The notes under the pieces are model-generated. The model worked only from the letters and a program-made list of their open reading frames with translations. It did not search any database and was not told the DNA's origin. Positions 42,766-64,000 of a stretch of DNA of 64,000 nt are shown piece by piece (position 1 is the first letter of the stretch; each line of letters starts with the position of its first letter). Source of the DNA: Balanoglossus misakiensis. Lineage: Eukaryota > Animalia > Hemichordata. The position numbers were made by a program, and so were the translations under genes. The DNA is taken from the NCBI GenBank assembly GCA_040954595.2, contig CM082589.2, positions 6,321,186-6,385,185 of the forward strand, read 5' to 3'.

Positions 42766-45700
42766 CTTGATTCACAGCACCGGTTTATCTGAAAAGCGGT
42801 AAAACCAGTGGCATTATTTGTTAATACTATTAAGAAGTTGATATTTCTGATATTGTGAGTCCATATAACAATGAAATTGACGGTAATATTGGTGAGATTC
42901 TACTTGTTGTGCACGAGAACGGCATGGAGGGCCCAGCCTGTTTTCGAAATTTGGCAGTGAGGTCATCCCGTTTTTTCAGTCTTTTTGACGACAGAGAAGT
43001 CAGCGGCTTATTGGCGTGCTCCGAAGTAAATTAACCGACTGCAGGACGAACTAAAATTACCTAAATGGACCTACATATATACATAGACGTACCCACGTGT
43101 AAAAATGTCTGCCTGTTGCTAGTCTAGTGGGCAGCCATTTTGAACTCACAGACAAAGTCTAAAGGACACTACTGTGATAGTATCTTCTTCGCCTCAACTG
43201 TGCAATTCAAATATTTGCACAAGTGTTTCGGTTGACAGAATGTGCGCATAAGGGATATTGGAATAGCTAACGAAGCGCCACAAAATATTATCGACCAAAT
43301 TATACCGAAAACTGTTTACGTTGGCCTTGACTGTGCTTATATATCGTTTAGAACTTGAATTCGATTTTTAACCGGTTGGAAACAAAGGATGCATTATTGG
43401 CTATCCGCCTCCATTGACATGACAATCCAGTCGTTAAAGTATACGACGACAAAAGATACTGTGAACATCGATAAAATTTCAGTTATTGCAACTGAAAGCC
43501 CTGCATGTAAGTCACGTCACAGGTGAGAATAACTTCAGGCATCTGTTTTTAGGGACTAGATATTACATGAGACAGCGATTTACAACTTCTGACCACCTTA
43601 TAACCAGTGCCCTTGACCTAAAATTAGACTACCGCCGCCATATTGATTTGTATATTTATAAGGTAGACGTCATTTTATTGGACGCCAATCTTTGCTATTG
43701 TCTAATTGCAGGACAAGTTTTTTGCGCAGCCGGTTACGAGGAGAGAAATTTCCGCGCCGGGGATAATAAGGAAAGAGCGATCGCGTTATTTTTCACGGGA
43801 ACCTGTATTTTCCTGACGAGTGTTTGAATAATTTCTAACGGTTCCACGAGATTTGAAACACGACCATGCGCAACGAGCGAAAATTAATCAAAGCGAAAAT
43901 TCATCGAGATCGACCTATACATCGCATGACACTTAAGGTAAATGCGATAATTTGATAGTTAATAAATTTGCAAGCAACGAAAACTTACCTGTAGTAATTT
44001 TTTCGAAGTCACTTCACCTGTAGCGGCCGTTGGCACCGATTATTGATTGCAAAATATGGTGTTTTGAGCGAGCTGTACCCTGGTATGTGTTAAAATTTAA
44101 ACTAGTTGATAATTAACTTCTCCCCGCCTGTTTGATTTACGGCGTTGTGCAACTTATCTGGTACAGTATATTTAATAATTTCCCAAACCCCGCAATTTTC
44201 GACGAACTCCGCTTCTGATCTGTATGCTGGAATTAACTCGAGGAAAACTGTCGATAACTTTCTGCAGACCCAAAATTGTCTCGCCGTATGTTTTATTTTG
44301 TGTGCACGCTAAATCCTGACGTCATATAAACTGAATGTGACCTTTGGGACGGGAAACAATCCGTAATATTTACACGGTCGAACCAGACAGTAGCCTGCTC
44401 GCCCCCGGATTACCTGAGCCCAAGTATTAAGTATTTCAACTGTTCTCTGAAGACAGTTGGACAACAGTACAGCAAATAAATTAAGTAACACAGGTGTGTA
44501 CTGAACACTGTCCATCTTCGTGGCTGTTGTCAGACGTCGCTGTATGTATTTCAACACACGTCAGGCACGCGTATATATGTAATGCGAATTGCTTGCAAAA
44601 TTAATGCAGTAGTTGATTTCTGTTAATCAATTACAGACGCAAGGTTGTTCATGCATCGATCTGCATTCCAGCTATCGCGCGAGATAACTACAAACCAGTG
44701 AGTCAGTAGAGCCTGGGTAATCTGCCAAAATAAACACAGATAAAAAAGGCGTATTCGCCGAGGATATGCGCTGCATATCCCTTCAGTGTTACATAACTGA
44801 GTTATTAGTAAATTTCAACTGTGTCCACACAGTAGTCAACTGAATTGTGTATGATTTTCAACTGTTACAACAAGAAGGCATGGTTAGTGTTTGCATTTTA
44901 TTGAAACTGACGTCTCCTGACGAAACAATGTCGAGTGGGGACAAAATATTTTTTTCGTGGGTGTGATGTCTATCTTGGTTTCATGGGGAAGTGAAATGAT
45001 GAGTCAAAATTGATTTTTTTTGAAAGAAACATGTAGGCGCGCGCAAGTGTTCACGGTAGCGATTTTTAGAATGACGGAGATACGTTATAGGTCGGTGTCA
45101 TCTATATTTATGCTTAAAATTGCCGTTAGAGTCAAAGGCACTGATAAGAGATGATATGTGTGTAGATAACAAACCGTTTGTTGATATATTAACATTTAGA
45201 GAGGGCGGGCTTTCGATTGACTTGGTGCGTGACAAATGAAATTAGGGGGGATGTTTTGTTTTTGTTTCAATGGAGCCCTTTTCAATGACATTTTATTGAT
45301 CGGTTATTGATCCTACATGTTCTGCGCATGATAATTTACATATGCATCCCAGCCACCTGGTACGCACTATAAAAGACCCTCAAATTTATGCCACGCGGTT
45401 CTTCATTTCATTTCGTTACGCACAACCGTGCGGTTCCGTGGTGGCTGTGATATGGTCCGTAGATGACGGTGATTTTGGAGGCCTACTCCTCTCCGTTAAA
45501 CCTACAAAGTGGTGGGGTGAGTTTCCCTGTTAATGTTCTACCAGCATTTGTAAATTTTCGTAAGCTCGAACTTGAAATTTAATACCGTTCAAACTCGGCT
45601 AAATGCTTATAAACTCCTTGAACTCGTTTTTGATGCGGACAGAATACGACAATTACATTTTTTCATGAACGAAGGGTTTAGAGTTGTATTTCAATTATTT

Positions 45701-46238
45701 TCTGTAATTTTGTTTGTGCGACAGGGTTTCTTTGTATGTCGTTCCCCTATGCGTGTCTATATTTTGGAATAAATCTTGGTTGCATACTGGAATATTGAGT
45801 GCTGTACGTTCGTTCCTTGGTCCGAGAGTGACGTGTGGAATGAGCGACCCACATTGGAGTGAACCCTTGGTCACAGGTGCATGGCGTGGTCTTTATGACA
45901 CACCTGTGGCAAATTTGGGCGTGTCCGGCCCCATCCCACCGAAGTAATATTTGCATAATAATTGTAGAAAGAGCGGTTCTAACAAAAACGTTCAGAAGCC
46001 CCAACACACTAGTAGTATACACCTGTAGTCAATAGTCAATCCAACGGTCTTTGATTTTCTATGGCATTGTACATGTAACACCTTTATTGTTAATTATAAA
46101 CAAGTAAAAGAACAAAGAAATAGACAACAATATACAAGGAAGACCAATTCTGAAAAAAATAGCTGCAAACGAGTACTTTTCCCTGCAGGAGAGGTGGTGC
46201 GTTTATCAAACATTAAGTCCTGATTCTTTTCGAATATT

Positions 46239-46855
46239 TCACAGTTCTTCTAGTTCCGCCGCAGGCGCCTTTTCCCTGTCACTTTTTGTCGTCTCATCTC
46301 GTTTGTAGCCACAACAGAATACCACGATGCATACTGGGATTATACAGATCAAAGCACACACGAGGATGCCGCCTAAGACCATCAGTATGATTGACCAGAC
46401 TGGCAAATCTTCTGAAAATTGCATAAAAAATATTCAGATTTAGGAATGCTGTATCATGCAATGTATCATTCACACGTACAAAATGCCTTCCATTGCATAT
46501 GTAGTTAGCGCCCCCCCCCCCCCCCTCTGGAGTAGGTGCGGTCTGCATTCACTTATAAAATATATGATTTTCATAACAGTATTTCTGCGGAGTTACAATG
46601 AAGCTTTTGATTGACGTCACGGGTACAGCGAAATGTCATTTTTAATGTATACACGTAATTCTGAGCTCAGTGCGCGATATCAGATGTGAAATAGAACTTT
46701 GTCACAAAAATGATTTGTTGCAAGGAAAATGAGATAAGGGTTTGCAGAGACTTGATTGTTTTTACTGGTAACCCATCGATATACTTACCAGCAGACACTA
46801 ACGGAAGATTGCATAAGACGAGGAAGAGAACATATGTGAGGAATTTATTCATCAT
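46239..46855 (-). CDS. Gene D: 79 aa membrane microprotein (signal peptide, TM, Cys-rich juxtamembrane tail); paralogue of gene C
   Basis: Exon 46855-46789 MMNKFLTYVLFLVLCNLPLVSA (donor gtaagt, phase 1) plus exon 46411-46239 EDLPVWSIILMVLGGILVCALICIIPVCIVVFCCGYKRDETTKSDREKAPAAELEEL* (acceptor attttcag). Confidence 0.82.
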
Positions 46856-46959
46856 GGTGACGTTTGTTATTTTTGCCTGTAGATAGAAATCAATAGATGT
46901 TAGACCTAACTAAGGGCATGGCTTGAATGATAACGAATGCTTGGTCGAACAAATCCGAA

Positions 46960-46988
46960 CCACCACCACCACCACCACCACCACCAAG

Positions 46989-47030
<42 letters not shown>

Positions 47031-47041
47031 AACAACAACAA
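46960..47041. repeat. (CCA)n(CAA)n microsatellite
   Basis: Directly visible. Confidence 0.95.
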
Positions 47042-48131
47042 ATGAATGTGAAAGAATGGTGATCATTTGTACTGAACTGAGCGACAGAGATGCGGTTGAT
47101 ATCAGAAACCATCACTTGACCCTTCATAACGCATACATCGCTTGTCTGTCCATGACCCTGTGGTATGAACTCAAACTGACCATGCGCGCTGGAGTGTACC
47201 TATACTGATGCACGTACCGGTTTCTTGCAAAGGATGTTTACAATTCCAATTGAACGACACGTACCAGTTAGAGCAACTGCAAATTCCATCATGGTATAGC
47301 AGCATGGGCACAGATGCGTCAATTTAATTATTGATTTGAAGTCAGAAAGATACTGTCGACTTTGAAGTTGACGGAACTGTATACATGTACCACACAGTTT
47401 CTAGTGACTGTACACGGCAGTATATCCTCAATACGTGATTTTCTAGTTAACCTATTATATATAATACATAGAGTAGACTTACCTTACCGGTGTCCTTATA
47501 TACTGAGGTCGATACAAACTATGCGTGGTCCTCAAACGGATGGTTGGGCATTGTGTTAATATTAAACAGTTTGTCTAATCAAATATCAACTCACATGCAG
47601 GGCGGGTGGTTCGATCTCTTTGTTCCAAACTATTTTACAATGACGACGGTGTCGTTTTCAACCACAAACTTTTTTTTATTATGTCTGAGTGTTTCAACAG
47701 AAGTGGTGGCTAAATAGTACAATTTGGGTTTCTTTAAAACTGTGGTTTCTGATTTATGTCATAATTTTTGACTGGTAAATCTGGACATTCAAGCGGGGTC
47801 CATGTTAACCTCAAATGACCTTCGGCTCTGTGTTCATTTATATCACGAACTCAATGCAGCCGATGGTAAATTATCAACAACCTCATGTAATGTTTGACTA
47901 GAGAAACTTGCCCGCCGAGTTTGACTCCTTATTTGAGACGCAAAACAATTCTAGTACACAATACGGAACAATTGCAACGCACTTCTTTATTTACTTATAC
48001 AAAAAATCACTTTTTAGTACACAAGGAATCAGATACAACGTGAAAAAGTTCAATTTTAAAGTAATATCTGCAGCTTCCACAAAGAGAAACGCGATAAACT
48101 GGATAAAATGGCCTGAAATCTCTCCTGGTTT

Positions 48132-59960
<11,829 letters not shown>

Positions 59961-60856
59961 TCTGAGATTACCAGGCCTGTCAGCGAAATGTCAGAAGTGT
60001 TCTTCGGAAAAGTAAAGTCCGACAAGGCGAAAGTATGTCCGCGACACTGCGATGCCTCTACTGAACTGCCTTGGGTATTCTGTGCTACACACAGGTCGGT
60101 CATCCAATGTCAAAGTTCACCCCGCTGCGCCAAGATACGCATCTAGAATTATGCATAAGCTAGTGAACTGCAAATCTACATGCGCAAACATCAACACAAT
60201 CTGACAAGCCACCACAACGTCGCAACGTTTACGTGTAACTGCGACTTGCGACCTTTGAACCTTCGCCACTGCTTAAATCGAGTTGACGGTATGCCTGGGC
60301 CTGGGTTAGTATTAACCGCAGAGACCATGGAAGCACGTGTAAGGCCAACGGTCACCCCGACGGTGCCCCTGGCCAATATTTCTACCTCTGGCGGCGCTGT
60401 GCTACACGAAAGGAGTCAGGCATGGGCAACGCAACGGTAAATCATGCTCTCATCATTGGCAATACATACGGTCACATTATTTGGATGAAATTGCATGTAT
60501 TCTCGACATGGTGCTATCTTCGAACTTGGAGCTCGTTTATCTACAGCAAAAACGTCAAATCACCTGGACGCACGCACCTGGTTACAGTGAAACTCGCTAT
60601 ATACTTCAAGTTGTTAGACCGGAATAGTTTTAATTTATATACAGTGAAACCAGTATATTAATGCATCGAAAATGTCTTTAATACTTGTTACCTATTTCGT
60701 CATACATTACCAAGACCGTTATTAGTACTCGGACTGAAAGATATTGTAGATATTAATGGTTTTTTTTTATTAATAAAAGTCAATCATTCTCTGCACCCCA
60801 AATATGACTTCTGTCGTATGTATCCGGGAACATCCGCGTTATTCTTATATATGAAG

Positions 60857-62614
60857 TCATTTTGCTGTGTCATAGATATTGTCGACAAAACCTTCATCTG
60901 TATTTGGTCTCTTCGTCTTCTTTGACTTATCAACTTGTGCGTACAGCTGGTCTGGGTCATCATCATCATCTTTCAAGCGTGAATCACTTCTTTCTGGTAC
61001 AGTGGGCAACTTCTCTGTGACAGCATCCGCCGCATGCGCATCTTTGTGCGCATACGATCCATCTGGTTCCATGTCACCATTGGCAATGTGTTCGTTTTCT
61101 GCTCTATCTTGGCCAGACCTCTTTGGCTTGTCTACCTGGGCATAGAGTATGTCTATCTCGGAGCGGTACTGGCCACTGTCTTGGTCCTGGGTTTTGGTCT
61201 CTGTGTTATCTTTGATTGTTTTCTTTGGCTTGTCTACCTGGGCGTAGAGATCATCAACACCAGAACTGTTCGGGTCGATCGACTGGCTCTGGTCCTCCGA
61301 TCGCGGGCTGGTATCTTCCTCGACTGCATGACCGGCATAGGCTGTGATGTCAGGTGAGCTGTCACCTGACTCTGACGCACCGGAAGGCACTGTAACGTCA
61401 GGATTTGGCGCGCGCGCTTCGTTGGTGTATGCCACAGCTTGAGTAGTTGTCTCTCTTTCTGTTGCCACTCTTGTTCTGCGCTCGGCAGGCGCCTCCACCA
61501 GGCGTACATGGGTGATGAGTGTTGGGTTAGGTGCTACAGGTTGGCGTTTCTTCGTCCTAAATCGACCGAAGAAATTCGGAATTAGGCCTACAATGTATGT
61601 CACGATTAACTGTAGCAGTCCTAGGTCATAGAGACTGTGATGTGTTTTGTACCAGTAGTGCATTGTTGAATTGCACGGTCAGAAGTTGCCATGTGTGTAA
61701 AATGATCAGGCGATTGTGAGGAGACTGAAAGGCAAATCAAATTATTGCACCCACCTTCGCCTTCGTCGACAAATTAATACCACTGCAATGACCATAAATA
61801 TTATCAACAATACAATGATGCAGACACCGGTGACGATGTGAACGGTTACATCTAAAACAATAGAAATTGACTACGTAAATATGATACGATACCAGTTGCT
61901 ATGGCAACACGGTCGAATTGATACAGACTACAGTGTATATGTTTGAGAGATCAGCCAATCAGCGGCTGATCGAAATCCTGGCAGCGGCCATTTTGTTTTA
62001 CAAATCGTTCTATAGAATTTCCCCAGACCCAGTGGAGCGCAGCGGAAGAAGCAGGGGGAGGGGGGTCTGGGTAACCGAGACTGGTGTGTCTTCGACTCAC
62101 CTTCGATTTTTCTTGGTCCAGATGAAGGCTGAATAGTCCTAACATGGGCAGTCGATGATATTGTACCGGTTTCTAAAGTGGTAAAAAAGTAAAAGCTCAA
62201 TATGATGCATTAAAATCTTTAAAGATTTTGTCTGGAAAAAATGGACCCCGGTGGTGAATATTGTCTTCAGATGGGACTGTGACAATGTCATCCTTACCTT
62301 CATATTGCAATACAAAGCCCAGATCATTCCTGTTTAACATGGATGAACTGTAAAACCGCCGCGGTGCCGAAGATCATAGCAATATGTCAAATAGAAAACA
62401 ACCACTGACAAATACAGAGCTCTCTGCTGGCGTGAACACCTGCGTGCATGGCGCTCCATTTTTTACTTCCTGGTGAGCTCGTGAACTGCCTGCCAAATTA
62501 TGATCGACGCCGCTGCACTTTCAAAGTTAACTACTTACCTTGGTGGCTCATTCCTACCAGGGTAAGCAAGAAATAAAGTCCAACCGGACAGCAAACGGCA
62601 AATCTGTGGTCCAT
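60857..62614 (-). CDS. Gene E: transmembrane-adaptor-like type I protein (about 314 aa) with three LYAQVDK tyrosine motifs
   Basis: Exons 62614-62539 (MDHRFAVCCPVGLYFLLTLVGMSHQ, donor gtaagt, phase 1), 62172-62101 (ETGTISSTAHVRTIQPSSGPRKIE), 61851-61755 (DVTVHIVTGVCIIVLLIIFMVIAVVLICRRRRR, TM plus stop-transfer) and 61556-60857 (disordered tail). Phases are consistent. AATAAA on the minus strand at 60771-60766. The last three exons are more certain than the first. Confidence 0.8.
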
Positions 62615-64000
62615 TTCTTCGTTTTCTGTCGAGTACAGAGTGAGACCGACTACCCTAGACGGTCACACGACTATAGCATTCCTTTCACTCTTTCTTGTGT
62701 ATAGGTCAACCCCAGAAGAATGCGCGGCATTGTCTGAGCGCCCCGGGGTCATCCTGAAGTATTCATTATGTAAAATACCACAGGTCAAGAGGAAACGCTC
62801 CACATTGTGTGGTAGTAAAAGTCACACACATTGTACCTTGCTTGCACTGAACAAAAATGGTGTTGACATCTCCTACTTTACGAAAACAAATCAGATTCTT
62901 CAATGAGAATTAAACAGAGACGGAAAAATCACTTTATTGGCATTTTCCTGATAAATTCCACGTGCACGAAGAAAACACACAAATTAATAAATAAACAGAA
63001 AATGATTCTGTACATAAGACGGTCCAGATATTCATGATTCGTCTTCTGAAATGTGAATGCAAATATCATCACCGGGTCTTGACGATTTTCCGGTTATTTC
63101 ATATATACAATAAATATCTAGTTATTACATATAAATAAATATCTCATGATTCATGAGAAAAAAATCTATCCAGCTGCTTTATAGTCGTGACACAAAACTG
63201 AACGAAATTTCAGGCAATCAAGAAAAATGTTTTAAGATATCTCACTAGTCATCATATAATATTTTTTAGAAAACAGTAGCATATTTCGTGCTAAGGTTGC
63301 ACGCTTCAGTAAACAGCACAATGAACGCAGAAGTATTTACATGTATATGTACAACACAACAGACTGTAATGAAACGCCATAATGAAATATAAATTCCCAT
63401 GCAGTACATGCCAATTATGAACTCTGAAATCACATGTCCCACTTTGGGTGTCATAGCCTGGACAGTTTCTATGGTCATTCTATAGGGTCAGTGGATTTTC
63501 AAAAAAAAATGTGTGTATTGGATATATATCACTCGGTACATTACACAATCTAGACGTACATATTACACTATCTCACCAACGAAACCAATACGAAACTCAA
63601 TATAGATAGAGGCACTGTGTAATATAATAGCCAGTATACTTTCATGTTTTGCAATGTTCACGATGGGAACGTTAATCACTTTTGAGAGACAACGATATAT
63701 TTAATCAAAAATGTGATGGATCACGCTTGTTCTTCAAAGCGCCGACTCGGACATTGTTCGTTCTTGAGGCCTGAAAGTAATTAAGCAAGAGGAAAATATG
63801 ACGTTGTATGATAGACAAGTCATTAATGTCATGATAAGAAATGAGTATTTTTCATTAATTAGGAAGGAAAACGTCCAATCTTATGAGGTATGCTCAAAAA
63901 TATCCCTTTGAGAAAGTCGCCTGGGAATCAACGCACATGCAGGTATAAACTATGTCAGTCGCTATGCCTGTCGATTTAAGCGTCGAGTTCACAGGGCATT

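Noticed and set aside
60857-61663. 268 aa single-exon ORF as given in the track
   Set aside because: The first about 35 codons are intronic; the TM exon at 61851-61755 splices into 61556.
62298-62347. 50 nt exon candidate (SSMLNRNDLGFVLQYE, resembling a CUB-domain end) in gene E
   Set aside because: It is phase 2-to-1 and incompatible with the signal-peptide frame of exon 62614-62539. It is left out of the model but should be checked with transcripts.

Overview
AT-rich, intron-containing animal DNA. By inference it is an invertebrate deuterostome such as a hemichordate or echinoderm; this was not tested. The window has the 3' end of a class A GPCR (+, 3-359) and a complete 30-coding-exon sulfonylurea-receptor-like ABC transporter (ABCC8/ABCC9 type; -, 48132-59960, about 1565 aa). 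Reading splice sites by hand also gives five co-oriented minus-strand genes (A-E) that the ORF track only fragments. Each encodes a single-pass type I membrane protein: a signal-peptide exon ending in a phase-1 intron, a tiny ectodomain, one TM helix, and a cytoplasmic tail with short signalling motifs (PPxY, repeated YAQVDK/ITIM-like tyrosines, juxtamembrane Cys, PDZ-type C-termini). Two are 68-79 aa paralogous microproteins, and there may be a decayed sixth member. This array of membrane adaptors around the SUR-like gene is the best candidate for an undescribed system. Intergenic and intronic DNA holds a 1.47 kb foldback element, several MITEs, short duplications and many microsatellites. 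All gene models are manual predictions without transcript support.
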